64,000 bases of DNA from an uncultured Anaerolineaceae bacterium (GCA_964470735.1 CAYYDX010000003.1:9319-73318); one strand, 5' to 3'; positions 25,738 to 36,191 are shown, counted from the stretch's first letter. The notes: generated by a model from the sequence alone, not told the origin. Numbers and translations are program-made.

Positions 25738-26259
25738 ATGCTGGCCAAGATTTCCGTTGCTGAAGCTGCAAGGCACGCCGCCGAAGCGCCCGACCGGGCG
25801 AAGCTCGAACTCGTCGGGCCCTTCATCGAAGCGGCCGCGCGCGTCATCCACCAGGAGTGCGGCGAAACGGTCGACCGCGGCCAGCTCCACCGTGTTCGCT
25901 CGCCCCAGACGAACAACGACATCTCCGCCCTCATCGCCGTCACCGGCGGCGTGGCCGGCCTCGTCATTTACTCGATGTCCGAAGAGACGGCCCTCGGGTT
26001 CGCCTCGAGGATGATCGGCGAGGCCGTTACCGAACTCGATGCCCTCGCGCAAAGCGCCATCGCCGAGCTTGCCAACATGATCACCGGCCAGGCCGGCATC
26101 GCCCTCGAGCAGAACGGTTTCCCAAGTGACATGTCGCCTCCCGTGCTGCTCCTCGGCAAAGGCAGCTCCGTCGCCACGCTGAATCTCACCCGGCTCGTGG
26201 TCCCGCTCGTCGTCTCGTTCGGCCAGTTCTCCGTGGATATCGCCGTCAAAGAGGTGTGA
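25738..26259 (+). CDS. cheX: CheX-like (single-site CheC-family) chemotaxis phosphatase
   Basis: 173 aa with one E-x2-N motif ([15 protein letters not shown]) and a GGAGGA RBS. Confidence 0.8.
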   Translation: MLAKISVAEAARHAAEAPDRAKLELVGPFIEAAARVIHQECGETVDRGQLHRVRSPQTNNDISALIAVTGGVAGLVIYSMSEETALGFASRMIGEAVTELDALAQSAIAELANMITGQAGIALEQNGFPSDMSPPVLLLGKGSSVATLNLTRLVVPLVVSFGQFSVDIAVKEV

Positions 26260-26280
26260 ACCGCCTCCGTTCCTGCATTG

Positions 26281-26309
26281 AAAGCCCGCGGCCGCTCCGC
26301 GGGCTTTTT
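26281..26309 (+). terminator. Intrinsic terminator after cheX
   Basis: aaagcccgcgg-ccgct-ccgcgggcttt followed by tt. It begins 22 nt after the TGA. Confidence 0.8.
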
Positions 26310-26438
26310 GCGTCCGTGTGTAGACCCTGCCAAAGGCGGGAGCAGTTCACGTCGAGTGCGGGATTCACCCGATGCCGAAGCTCACACCCCCTTCCGATGA
26401 TGCCTTTGCCGCACTATCACAAGGAGCAGCCCCAGGGG

Positions 26439-28439
26439 ATGAAGATCAAGCAGACAACCCTCAGCATCGCGGGAGCGTGTCTCTTCACGCTTGCCGCCAT
26501 CGGCCTCGGCGTGAGTGTCTATCGCGCCAACAGCGCCGTGAATAGTGAGCGCACCGCCCTCCAGCGCCAGACCGACTCAATCGCGGCTGTCGACGAACTG
26601 AACGCAGCCTCCGACCTCCTCACCAACAAGGCCCGCCAGTACGCGGTCACCGAAGACAAGAAATACCTGGACGAGTACTGGAACGAGATCAACGTTACGA
26701 AAACCCGTGATAAGGCCGTTGCGACCCTTGACGCACTCGGGGCCACCGACCAGGAGCTTGGGCTGATCGAAAAGGCCAAGGCGAACTCCGATTCGCTGGT
26801 CGCCACCGAGTCCCGCTCGATGCGCCTGGTCCTCGAAGCTACCGGTGTCGCCGAAGCCCAGATGCCGCCCGCTATCGCCTCCTACAAGCTTTCGGCCGAA
26901 GACCAGAAGCTCAGCCAGGCCGAGAAGCTCGCCACCGCGCGCATCATCATGTTCGACGACAAGTACGAAGGCGCGAAGGTCAATATCGCGAAACCGACCG
27001 TCGAGTTCGAGAACCTCCTCAAGCAGCGGGTGAGCGGCGATGTGAAGGCCGCTCGCAACTCAACTCGAACCGCCATCCTCTCTCTCGTCGTTCTCGCTTT
27101 CGTCGTCCCGGCCATCGCTTTCGCGGTCCTCTGGACGTTCCACGTCAAGGTCAGCCGCCCGGTCAGCAGCTACACCAACAAGCTCGCCACCCGCTCCGGC
27201 GTCACCGACGAGTTCGCCCTCGAACCATCGGGCACTGTCGAACTCCAGGAGCTCGCGGGCGCATTCAACGGGCTGATGGCCGACAACCGCAAGCAGGCAA
27301 GCGAAAACGCAGCCCTGATGGCCGACATGTCGAAGCTTGTCGCCAGCATCGCCGAGGATGCGAAGAGCGTCGCCAGCGTCTCCGACATGCTCTCCGACTC
27401 CTCGAACCAGATGGCGCTTGCTACTGGCCAGATCGCCGACGCCATCAACGAGGTCACCCGCTCCGCCACGACGCTCGCGTCGCTCTCCCACAACTCCGCC
27501 CGCGACGTCGAGCAACTCGCATCCGCGTCGCTCGAAATGTCCTCCTCCGCATCGTCATCCGCCACGGCGGCCGATGAGGCGCGCCTCGAGGCCTCCAACA
27601 TCGGGACCCAGATCCAGGACGTCGCCCGCAGCTCGAAGCAGTTGGCCTCGGTCGCGGAAGAGTCCCGCGACGCAGCCCTGCGCGGCCAGCAGGCGGTTGT
27701 CCAGGCCGTGAACGCCATGGAGTCCATCGCTACGGCCGTCGGCCGTGCCAGCGGCACCGTCGACCAGCTCGGCCAGTACGGTCAGCAGATCGGCGACATC
27801 GTGAAGGCGATCGACGAGATCGCCGCCCAGACCAACCTCCTCGCCCTCAACGCGGCTATCGAGGCCGCCCGTGCCGGTGAGCAGGGGCGTGGCTTCGCAG
27901 TCGTCGCCGAAAACGTCCGCAGCCTCGCCGAACGTTCCAGCGAATCGACCAAGGAGATCGCTGGCCTCATCGCCCGCGTGCAGGCCTCGACCACCGAAGC
28001 CGTCGAAGTGATGGCCGCCGGCGTGAAGGATGTCGAAGCCGGCCGCACCATCACCGCCGAGGCCGGGAGTGCGCTCGAAAGCATCATCGAGTCGGTCCAG
28101 CAGTCGGCCGTCCAGATGCAGCAGATCGCCGGCGAAGTCGGTCACCTCGCCGAGGGCGCCGATCGCATCGTCGCCAGCGCCCAGCTTATCGCCACCCACG
28201 CCGCCGATTCGGCCACCGGCGCCGAGCAAATGGCGAACAGCACCGGCCGCGTCACCGACGCCATCATGCAGGTCTCGGCAACCAGCGAGCAGACCAGCGC
28301 CTCGGCCGAAGAGGTCTCCGCTTCGACCGAAGAACTCAGCGCCCAGTCTGAAGAACTGGCCGCCACAGCCAGCCAGATGAAGCGGCTCGCCGAGTCACTC
28401 CAGGGCGCAATCGTTGCCTTCGAGAGCAAGCGGGCGTAG
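26439..28439 (+). CDS. Methyl-accepting chemotaxis protein (two TM segments, helical periplasmic sensor, HAMP, signalling domain)
   Basis: The start is trimmed to ATG 26439. TM1 is [20 protein letters not shown] and TM2 is [20 protein letters not shown]. The conserved hairpin is [41 protein letters not shown]. Confidence 0.93.
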   Translation: MKIKQTTLSIAGACLFTLAAIGLGVSVYRANSAVNSERTALQRQTDSIAAVDELNAASDLLTNKARQYAVTEDKKYLDEYWNEINVTKTRDKAVATLDALGATDQELGLIEKAKANSDSLVATESRSMRLVLEATGVAEAQMPPAIASYKLSAEDQKLSQAEKLATARIIMFDDKYEGAKVNIAKPTVEFENLLKQRVSGDVKAARNSTRTAILSLVVLAFVVPAIAFAVLWTFHVKVSRPVSSYTNKLATRSGVTDEFALEPSGTVELQELAGAFNGLMADNRKQASENAALMADMSKLVASIAEDAKSVASVSDMLSDSSNQMALATGQIADAINEVTRSATTLASLSHNSARDVEQLASASLEMSSSASSSATAADEARLEASNIGTQIQDVARSSKQLASVAEESRDAALRGQQAVVQAVNAMESIATAVGRASGTVDQLGQYGQQIGDIVKAIDEIAAQTNLLALNAAIEAARAGEQGRGFAVVAENVRSLAERSSESTKEIAGLIARVQASTTEAVEVMAAGVKDVEAGRTITAEAGSALESIIESVQQSAVQMQQIAGEVGHLAEGADRIVASAQLIATHAADSATGAEQMANSTGRVTDAIMQVSATSEQTSASAEEVSASTEELSAQSEELAATASQMKRLAESLQGAIVAFESKRA

Positions 28440-28460
28440 CGCTCGCAGGCCCACACATCG

Positions 28461-28504
28461 GCGCCGCGTCCGCCCGGGATGGGCGGACGCGGCGCTGTTT
28501 CGTT
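28461..28504 (+). terminator. Intrinsic terminator after the MCP gene
   Basis: 15-bp perfect stem gcgccgcgtccgccc-gggat-gggcggacgcggcgc, followed by tgtttcgtt. Confidence 0.85.
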
Positions 28505-28616
28505 CGCCGCCTGCGCGGCCCCCGCGCGGCTCAACGGCCACGTTCAGTCCTGTCCGGGCTGCCGGACCACCTCGTCTGTTCCCTTACGCAGCCCGCCGTA
28601 GACTGGTGCGAAGCCT

Positions 28617-29198
28617 ATGAGCGCAAGCGCGACCACCATGCAGGATGCCGACCGCGGCCACAGGCCACCCTTCCGCCTCCACTACGCCTCGTTCGAATCC
28701 CGCGTCGCCGCCGGCGCACTCGATGTGCTGGTCATGTTCATCATCGCCGCGCTCCTCGTCACCGCCGGTTCGCTCATCGTCCTCATTTCCTCCGACTTCG
28801 AGCGAGTGGAGCCGTCGAGCACCGCGCTCAACGCCTTCTGGGTGTGCGTTGGCTGCATTCCGCCGGCGTTGCTGCTCTACTTCTTCATCGGCTTCGCGTG
28901 GAAAGGCCAGACCATCGGCGCATCCGTGATGCAATTGATGGTCATCCGCTCCGACGGCCATTCGCTCGGCGTGCTTGGCGCGATGGCGCGCGTCATCGGC
29001 TTGCTCGTCTACGTCCTCATTGCTGCCGGTGGCGCCATCGTCGGCTACGCCTTCCGCGACAACTCGGCAATCGCCGCCGGCGCCGTCGGTGGCGCGCTCG
29101 TCGTCGCCGCCTTCGGCTTCATCTGGGCGGCGTTCGATAAACACCGCCGCACCCTGCACGACCGCATCGCCGGCACTATCGTCGTGCGGCTCGTGTAG
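28617..29198 (+). CDS. RDD family membrane protein
   Basis: ASFESRVAAGALDVLV..., three TM segments, and a C-terminal HDRIAGTIVV typical of the RDD domain. Confidence 0.8.
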   Translation: MSASATTMQDADRGHRPPFRLHYASFESRVAAGALDVLVMFIIAALLVTAGSLIVLISSDFERVEPSSTALNAFWVCVGCIPPALLLYFFIGFAWKGQTIGASVMQLMVIRSDGHSLGVLGAMARVIGLLVYVLIAAGGAIVGYAFRDNSAIAAGAVGGALVVAAFGFIWAAFDKHRRTLHDRIAGTIVVRLV

Positions 29199-29210
29199 GT
29201 TCCCGACCAC

Positions 29211-30071
29211 ATGTATCCCGAATCCGCCGACTACGACGTCGACACCCGCGACCGCGTCTACCGCGGCGCAACACAGTCGTTGGAGGGCCGCCGCTCGATT
29301 GCCGTCGTGCTGCTGGCGGTCTCGGTCTTCGTTCTCGTGCTATCGGTGAGTTGCCGCCAGGTGACCTCCCCCGGGCCCGCGCGAAACATCATCGAGGCCG
29401 GCCTGGTCAATCTCACGGACCTGGATCAGCTTCTTGCTGACGAAGGCCCGGCTCTGCGCCAGTTCGCCCTCGAGAGCACCGAACCAACGGTATCGTTCGA
29501 TGACTACCCGCTCGACATCGTCTTGATCCGCGACGAAGTATTGAAAAGCTCCGACGCACAGCTCCGCGAGATGATCCTCGACCGTTCCTCCGCACTGCTC
29601 TACGCCGACGGCGTTGGTGCTTTCGACCGCACCGGGAACAGTTCTGTACGGCGCTTCTCGCTCCAGGGTGTGCTCGAACTCGCTGTCGGGCAGGTCTCTG
29701 AAGCGAACCACTCACGCGCGACACTCTTCGCGCTCGTTGGGCTCGCCGGTTGCGTCGTCGCGGGCGTGGTGACTGCCGCCAGCGGATCCGGCTGGGGAAG
29801 GATGCGCGCCGTCGGGATGGCAGCCGCGGCCGGCGCCGTGCCGGTCACGCTTCTCTTCCTCGGCGCTCGACTGCTTGTCGGTGCGGTAGGCGGCAGCGAC
29901 CCGTTCGAGGATGGCCTCAAAGACGCGGCGATTGCCTCGCTCACCGTGCCCATTCGAAATGGGATCGTCGTCTTCCTGGCGGGCGTGGCCGTCGTGGCCG
30001 CCGCCGTCATTCTCGGGCGGGTCGAGCGCATCGTCAGCGGGCCGGCCCCTCTCGACGACCCGGACTACTGA
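29211..30071 (+). CDS. Hypothetical membrane protein
   Basis: 286 aa with an N-terminal TM, a ~130-aa soluble segment, and 3-4 C-terminal Ala/Gly/Val-rich TM segments. No family recognised. Confidence 0.6.
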   Translation: MYPESADYDVDTRDRVYRGATQSLEGRRSIAVVLLAVSVFVLVLSVSCRQVTSPGPARNIIEAGLVNLTDLDQLLADEGPALRQFALESTEPTVSFDDYPLDIVLIRDEVLKSSDAQLREMILDRSSALLYADGVGAFDRTGNSSVRRFSLQGVLELAVGQVSEANHSRATLFALVGLAGCVVAGVVTAASGSGWGRMRAVGMAAAAGAVPVTLLFLGARLLVGAVGGSDPFEDGLKDAAIASLTVPIRNGIVVFLAGVAVVAAAVILGRVERIVSGPAPLDDPDY

Positions 30072-33000
30072 GCCGAAGACGCCATCGTCCGGAGCACCCG
30101 CGCAATGAGCGGCATCCAGTTCGTTCCCGCGCCAACCCGGTCGATCCGCACCTGGTTCGGCCCGACGAGGACGCTCTTCAGGCCAAGGCCATCGACAGCC
30201 GCCTTCATCGCCGGAGGGGTGCCGCCGCGGATGCGCAGGTGGAACATGTGCTCGTCAGTCTTCAGGCTCTCCACCTTCGCCCGGCGCGCCATCGAGCGGA
30301 TGAGTGCGACATACAGCAAGTTCTCGACAGAACGCGGGACCGACCCGAACCGATCCGCAAGTTCCGCCTGCATCTCCGCCACACCTTCGGCCGATTCGAT
30401 GTCCGCGACACGCTGGTAGACCGCCAGCCGCGCGTGGATGTCTTCGATGTACGTTTCGGGCACGTGGGCGCTGAGTGGAAGGTCGACGAGTGGCGCCGGC
30501 GCGAGCGGCGGCGGGCCGGCCGGCGCTTCGGGAGAGATGGTCTTCTTGAGCGCGGTCACTGCTTCCGCTACGAGCTTCGAGTACATGTCGAACCCGACAG
30601 CCGCAATGTGCCCGCTCTGTTCGTTGCCAAGCACATTCCCGGCGCCGCGAATCTCCAGGTCGCGGAGCGCAATCTGGAACCCCGCGCCGAGTTCCGTCGC
30701 TTCGAAGATCGCCTCGAGCCGCTTCTGTGCCGTCTCGCTCATTGCCCGGTTCTTGTCGTACAGCAGGTACGCGTACGCACGATTCGCCGAGCGCCCAACC
30801 CGGCCGCGGAGCTGGTAGAGCTGCGCCAGCCCGAGCTGATTCGCGTCATTGATGATGATCGTGTTCGCGTTCGGGATGTCCAGCCCGCTCTCGATGATCG
30901 TCGTGCAGACCAGGACATCGTGGTCGCCGGCCGAGAACTCCAGCATCACCCGCTCGAGCTGCTCCTCGGGCATCTGGCCATGGCCCACCGTGATCCGCGC
31001 CTCGGGCACGATTTCGCGCAGGCGGCTGACGATTCGCTCGATGTTGTGCACCCGGTTGTGCACGAAGTACACCTGCCCGCCGCGCTGCAACTCCCGGTCA
31101 ATAGCCTCGCGCAGCAATTCGTCATCCCACTGCAGCACGTACGTCCGGATGGGTTGGCGCTCCTCTGGCGGCGTCATCACCGTGCTCATGTCCCGGATGC
31201 CAACCAGCGACATCTGCAGCGTTCGCGGGATTGGCGTGGCCGAAAGCACGAGGCTGTCGACCTCCGACCGCATCTGCTTGAGCCGCTCCTTGTGCGAGAC
31301 GCCGAACCGCTGCTCCTCGTCGATGATCACCAGTCCGAGGTCCTTGAACGCGACATCCTTCTGCACGAGACGGTGCGTTCCGATCGCGATGTCCACTTCG
31401 CCTGACGTGATCCCCCGGACGATCTCGCGCTGCTGTTGCTCGTTCCGGAACCGCGAAAGCACCTCGACCCGCACCGGGAACCCCGCGACGCGCTCGCGGA
31501 AGGTGTTCCCGTGCTGCTCGGCCAGCACGGTCGTCGGTACCAGCACCGCGACTTGCTTGCCGTCCATCACCGCCTTGAACGCGGCGCGCACCGCGACTTC
31601 GGTCTTGCCATAACCAACGTCACCGCAAATCAGCCGGTCCATCGGCTTCTCGTTCTCCATGTCGGCCTTGACCTCGGAGATGGCGTCGAGTTGGTCCTGC
31701 GTCTCGACGAACGGGAATGCCGCCTCCATCTCCATCTGCCAGGCGTTGTCGGTCGGGAACGCGTGTCCGCGCGACATTTCGCGGCGGGCGTAAAGCTCCA
31801 GCAACTCCTGCGCGAGTTCCACAACCGCCTGCTTCACCCGTCGCTTCGCCCGCGCCCAATCCTGCGAACCAAGCCGCGTCAACGACGGTGGATGGTCGGT
31901 CGGCCCAACATAACGCGAAACCGATTCCAACTGGTCAGCTGGCACGTACAGCTTGTCGCTCTCCGCGTATTGGAGTTCGAGGTACTCCCGTTCCACGCCC
32001 TCGACCGACCGCCGGATGAGCCCGGCGTAGCGCGCGATGCCGTGGTCGGCGTGGACGAGGTAGTCGCCCACCTCCAGCGTCGAAACGAGGTCGGCCCGGA
32101 TACCCTGTCGCGTGCGTGTCGGCCGGCGCCGCTTCCGAAACCCGAATACTTCCGAGTCGGTGACCACCGTCAGTTCGTCGCCGATGGTGAAGCCGCCGCT
32201 GATGGCGAGCGGCGTCAACACGACCTCGCCGGCTCGCGGCGGAGCACTCAACGAGCGCACCTTCGATGCCGCCACCCCTTCTTCGTCGAGCAGTTCCGCG
32301 AGCCGCAGCGCCTGCTGCGACACGATCGCGACTGCGCGCCCCTGCTTCGCCCACGCGCCAGCCTGTTGCGCAAGCGTTCGCAACTTCCCCGCGAAGCTCG
32401 GTGTCACCCCGAGCGGCAGCCTCCTGGCGCCCAGTTCTTCGGCGCCGAAACGCTGCAGTTCGATGCACCGGAAGCCCTCCAGCGCCTCGCGAAGGTCCTC
32501 CGGCGCCGTCCGCAGCCCGGGAAGCCCCGCCGGAATGGCGCCGCGCGACTCAAGCTCCGCCCGGGTGCGGCGTTCCTGGCCGAGCGTGGTCTCCAGTGCG
32601 GTGGCGCCCGCGCCTGGCTCGTCGAGCACCACCAGTGCTCCGGCAGCGATGTGCGCGCAGGCATCCGATTCGTACAGTAGCGGTTCGAAGAAGCCGCCAA
32701 AGTCGCTGCGATTCCCGTCCGCAAGCAGTTCGAGCTGTTCGACGACCGCCTCCGCGCCTTCACCCGTCGCTGTCACGCTGGCGGCCAGCCGCCCGGCAGC
32801 GGCGCGCGCCTCGCCCGAGTTCGACGCCGCCGGCGGCAGGTGCAGCGATTCGAGGCGGGCCACGCTTCGCTGGGTGGCGAGGTCGACTTCGCGGATACTC
32901 TCGATTTCGTCACCGAAGAACTCGATGCGGAATGGCCGCTCGGCCGTCGCTGGAAACACGTCGATGATGCCGCCGCGCCGTGAAGCCGTCCCCGGCGAAT

Positions 33001-33475
33001 CGGCCAGCGGTTCGACCGCGTACCCCTCGGATTCGAGGGTGGCCATCAGGCTCGTTGGGTTCGCGCTGGCGCCCGTCCGCAACGTGACGCCCTCCCCGGC
33101 GACTTCCGGCGGCGCGCAGTGTTCTGACAACGCCGGCCACGAAGCCACCACGAGCGCCGGTTCGCTGCCCTTGAGCAGTCCGAGCGCCCGCCCCCGCTCG
33201 ATCGCGACCGTGTGGTCGTCGCGTGTGAACTCGTACGGGAGCGATTCGCGCTCGGGCAGCCGCGCGAGCGCCACGCCCGGGGGGAGAAAGATGCCGAGTT
33301 CCTCGTGGATCGCGAGGGAAATCGCAGGCGTCGGCACCACGAGCAGGACAGGGCCATCGTGACCGGCCGCGATGGCCGCCGCCACTGGCGCCCTCCCGGC
33401 CTCAGGGAGTCCAAGGCGCAGCAAACCGTCCCCAACCGTCAGCTGGGGCTGGATCGCATCCGCCACGGCGGCCAC
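30065..33475 (-). CDS. mfd: Transcription-repair coupling factor Mfd
   Basis: 1136 aa. Superfamily-2 helicase motifs GDVGYGKTEVA, DEEQRFG, SATPIPRT, QLRGRVGRS, plus the TRG/TRCF C-terminal region. Confidence 0.95.
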   Translation of the reverse strand: MAAVADAIQPQLTVGDGLLRLGLPEAGRAPVAAAIAAGHDGPVLLVVPTPAISLAIHEELGIFLPPGVALARLPERESLPYEFTRDDHTVAIERGRALGLLKGSEPALVVASWPALSEHCAPPEVAGEGVTLRTGASANPTSLMATLESEGYAVEPLADSPGTASRRGGIIDVFPATAERPFRIEFFGDEIESIREVDLATQRSVARLESLHLPPAASNSGEARAAAGRLAASVTATGEGAEAVVEQLELLADGNRSDFGGFFEPLLYESDACAHIAAGALVVLDEPGAGATALETTLGQERRTRAELESRGAIPAGLPGLRTAPEDLREALEGFRCIELQRFGAEELGARRLPLGVTPSFAGKLRTLAQQAGAWAKQGRAVAIVSQQALRLAELLDEEGVAASKVRSLSAPPRAGEVVLTPLAISGGFTIGDELTVVTDSEVFGFRKRRRPTRTRQGIRADLVSTLEVGDYLVHADHGIARYAGLIRRSVEGVEREYLELQYAESDKLYVPADQLESVSRYVGPTDHPPSLTRLGSQDWARAKRRVKQAVVELAQELLELYARREMSRGHAFPTDNAWQMEMEAAFPFVETQDQLDAISEVKADMENEKPMDRLICGDVGYGKTEVAVRAAFKAVMDGKQVAVLVPTTVLAEQHGNTFRERVAGFPVRVEVLSRFRNEQQQREIVRGITSGEVDIAIGTHRLVQKDVAFKDLGLVIIDEEQRFGVSHKERLKQMRSEVDSLVLSATPIPRTLQMSLVGIRDMSTVMTPPEERQPIRTYVLQWDDELLREAIDRELQRGGQVYFVHNRVHNIERIVSRLREIVPEARITVGHGQMPEEQLERVMLEFSAGDHDVLVCTTIIESGLDIPNANTIIINDANQLGLAQLYQLRGRVGRSANRAYAYLLYDKNRAMSETAQKRLEAIFEATELGAGFQIALRDLEIRGAGNVLGNEQSGHIAAVGFDMYSKLVAEAVTALKKTISPEAPAGPPPLAPAPLVDLPLSAHVPETYIEDIHARLAVYQRVADIESAEGVAEMQAELADRFGSVPRSVENLLYVALIRSMARRAKVESLKTDEHMFHLRIRGGTPPAMKAAVDGLGLKSVLVGPNQVRIDRVGAGTNWMPLIARVLRTMASSAQ

Positions 33476-33580
33476 AAGGCCGGCAAGTTCTCCGGACAGG
33501 CCGGTAAACCCTCAGTGGGCCAACTCGCTGCTGGCCCGAACCTGAACTGTAGCATCGGGCGGTTCTGCTAGCATGGATCG

Positions 33581-34513
33581 GTGCACACTCACCCCGAGCA
33601 GGCCCGCCGCGCACTCGTCGCCGGGCTCATCGTCACTGCCAGCTTTGTGGTTGTCGAAGCGGTCGCTGGCTTCCTGACGAACTCGCTCGCTCTCGTCTCC
33701 GACGCTGGCCACATGCTCGCCGATTCCGGTGGTCTGGTCCTCGCGCTGGGCGCGGCAACGCTTGCGCGCCGCCCCGCAGGTGGCCGCCACACGTACGGTT
33801 TTGCCCGCTTCGAAGTGCTCGTTGTTCCGCTCCACGTTGTGCTGCTGATGTTCATCGCCGGCTACATCGCGTTCGAATCCATCGGCCACCTTCGCAACAC
33901 GCCCGAAGTCGATACCACGCCGGTCATGCTGGTCGGCGCTGCTGGCCTTGCGGTGAACCTCCTAGTCGTCCGCCTCCTGCACAGCCACGGAAGCCACAAC
34001 CTCAACGTTCGCGCCGCGACACTCGAAGCCATGGTCGACGCCGTTGGGTCGGTTGCGGTCATCGTCTCGGCGGCAGTCATCGCGCTCGGCGGCTGGGAAG
34101 GCATCGACGCCGTCGCCGGCCTGCTCATCGCTGTCCTGGTCGTCCCGCGGGCCATCGCCCTGTTGAGAGTCGCTGCCGACATACTCCTTGAGAGCGCCCC
34201 GCCCGGCGTTGAACCGGCGGCAATCGAGGCGGCCGCCCGCGATGTCGAGGGAGTCGTGGCACTTCACGACGTTCACGTCTGGTCGATAGCCCCGTCGTTC
34301 CCGGCCCTCAGCGCGCACGTCGAACTCAAGGACGTGAACTGCACCGAGCACATCCTCACCGACCTCGCTTCGCTCTTCCGTGAGCGATTCGGAATCGGGC
34401 ACGTCACGCTCCAGCCCGAGACGCCGGCCCTCCACGCCGCCATGGAGTGCTGCCTGAGCCCCGACTCCGGCCTGCTGGAAGAGGAGCACGCCCACGCGGC
34501 GGCTACCCGGTGA
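33581..34513 (+). CDS. czcD: Cation diffusion facilitator family metal exporter (CzcD/ZitB-like)
   Basis: SLALVSDAGHMLAD, ...YGFARFEVL..., six TM segments and a C-terminal cytoplasmic domain. GTG start. Confidence 0.92.
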   Translation: MHTHPEQARRALVAGLIVTASFVVVEAVAGFLTNSLALVSDAGHMLADSGGLVLALGAATLARRPAGGRHTYGFARFEVLVVPLHVVLLMFIAGYIAFESIGHLRNTPEVDTTPVMLVGAAGLAVNLLVVRLLHSHGSHNLNVRAATLEAMVDAVGSVAVIVSAAVIALGGWEGIDAVAGLLIAVLVVPRAIALLRVAADILLESAPPGVEPAAIEAAARDVEGVVALHDVHVWSIAPSFPALSAHVELKDVNCTEHILTDLASLFRERFGIGHVTLQPETPALHAAMECCLSPDSGLLEEEHAHAAATR

Positions 34514-36156
34514 ACCGCCGGATTCAGAGGCGCGCCTTCCTTGGCGCCAGCGCGGCAGGCGTCGTCGCTGCCGCGGCCGGCGCCACCGGACTCTTCCTCC
34601 AGCGTGAGGACAATGGCAGCCAACCGCCGGCCCCTCCGGACTATCTCCCACCAGCTACACCGACCACCGTCCCCACGCCAACCTCGCCGCGTCCCGGCGG
34701 CTCACAGACCATCACCGCGCCAGGCCGTCTCAACTTCGACACGTTCGATGCCCAACTCACCGGTGAGTCATCGGTGGTCGAAGTCCTCGGACGCACGCAT
34801 TCCCGCCTCGTGCAGTGGGACGGGAGCAGCATCACCGGCGACCTGGCAGCTCGCCGGGAATCACCCGACCCCCAGACTCTCGTCCTCCACCTCAACCCCG
34901 GGGCTCGCTGGCAGCCGAAGCCTCCCCTGAACGGTCGCGTGGTGACAGCCGATGATGTGGTTGCGAACCTCTCGCGTGCGCTCGCCATCGCCGCTGGCGG
35001 GAAAGCACCACTCGCTCAGCGCTACCACAACTACAGCGCGATTGCCTCCGTCGATTCGCCCGCCACCGGGCAGGTGCGCGTACGCCTCAGTCGGCCCGAC
35101 CCGTTCCTTCTCGACACCCTCGCCTCCGAGTTCGCGCTCGTGCAGGCCCCCGAAGCTGTCACCGCGTTCGAATCCCTCTGGACAAAGCTCGACTCCGACC
35201 ATGTCGTTGGTTCCGGTCCGTGGCTGTTCGACTGGACAGACGGTGGCATTGGATTCAGTGCCTGGCGTGATGGCCACCAGCAGCCGCTGCTCGATGAACT
35301 CCGTGTGGTTGAACCGGCGGATACAGTGAAGCGCTTCGTTGACGGCTCACTCGATGAGGCCATCGTCTTCGACCGCCGCGACGCCGCCGGACTGAAATCG
35401 AACGCATCGGCCACGTTCGCCGGAGTCCGGCTCCAGCGGGAACTGGTGATGAGTTCGTTCTTCATCGGCGCGCCGCCATGGAACAATCCCGGCCTCGTGA
35501 CCGCGTTGAGCGCCGCGCTTAACCGCCAGTGGCTGGTCGACACCCTGTTCGGCGGTCGGGCCGAGCACGCAGGCCCCGTCCCTTCGGCGCTCGCGAACAC
35601 CGCGACACCCGCGAACCTGCTGGCCACGCTGCCCGGCTACGGCGCCTGGAGCGATATGGCCGGCGCCGACGCCCGGGTCCGCTGGGAAGCCGCCGGCGGT
35701 CCCGGCCTCGGGACGGTCACGGTCGACTTTCCCAGCGTGTTCGACCCGCTGTACAGCGCGAGTTCGATCATCGTCGCACGGCTGAATGCCGTCCTCGGGC
35801 CGCAGTTCCGCCCGGCGGTCGAGACCTACACCACCATCAGCAAGCGAGTGCTCGCAGGGCAGTACGGTAACGGCCGGGCCGCGTTCTGGTTCGGCTGGGG
35901 CGCCCCTCTCTCGTCCCCTGATGGCCGCCGTTTCGTGGTCGAAACCTACGCCGCGGGGTCACCGGGTCAGCGGGCCGTCGGAGGCCAGGGCGTGAGTGAC
36001 CCCGAAGACGCTGCCGCCATCGCCGACGCCGGCTTCGCCGGGGTACTCAACTGGGCACACCCCTACCACGAAGTCTTCCGAAAACCGCTCATCGCTGGTC
36101 CGGAGCCCACGGCGTTTTGGGCTCAACACCTTGATTGGCGTCGCGGGAATAGATGA
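34510..36156 (+). CDS. ABC transporter substrate-binding protein, family 5 (peptide/nickel type), Tat signal
   Basis: GTG 34510 overlaps the czcD TGA (GTGA). Twin-arginine signal RRIQRRAFLGASAAG. The family-5 pattern includes ...VTADDVVANLSRAL... Confidence 0.8.
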   Translation: MNRRIQRRAFLGASAAGVVAAAAGATGLFLQREDNGSQPPAPPDYLPPATPTTVPTPTSPRPGGSQTITAPGRLNFDTFDAQLTGESSVVEVLGRTHSRLVQWDGSSITGDLAARRESPDPQTLVLHLNPGARWQPKPPLNGRVVTADDVVANLSRALAIAAGGKAPLAQRYHNYSAIASVDSPATGQVRVRLSRPDPFLLDTLASEFALVQAPEAVTAFESLWTKLDSDHVVGSGPWLFDWTDGGIGFSAWRDGHQQPLLDELRVVEPADTVKRFVDGSLDEAIVFDRRDAAGLKSNASATFAGVRLQRELVMSSFFIGAPPWNNPGLVTALSAALNRQWLVDTLFGGRAEHAGPVPSALANTATPANLLATLPGYGAWSDMAGADARVRWEAAGGPGLGTVTVDFPSVFDPLYSASSIIVARLNAVLGPQFRPAVETYTTISKRVLAGQYGNGRAAFWFGWGAPLSSPDGRRFVVETYAAGSPGQRAVGGQGVSDPEDAAAIADAGFAGVLNWAHPYHEVFRKPLIAGPEPTAFWAQHLDWRRGNR

Positions 36157-36191
36157 TGTGAGATTCCCTTAAAGTCACCCCTCACAGCCGT

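Noticed and set aside
26393-26400. TCCGATGA upstream of the MCP gene as a sigma-28 -10 element
   Set aside because: It matches only 6 of 8 positions, and there is no TAAA-like -35 at the right spacing.
29750-33362. Three long plus-strand ORFs (551, 414 and 416 aa) antisense to mfd
   Set aside because: All are Arg/Pro/Ser-rich with no motifs. mfd on the minus strand is full length with all helicase motifs.
33476-33580. Possible NiCo (czcD-motif) riboswitch in the czcD leader
   Set aside because: The leader is only 105 nt and is shared with the divergent mfd promoter. I could find short hairpins and one GGACAG, but not the four-helix junction with duplicated conserved junction sequences. This needs an Infernal scan to exclude formally.
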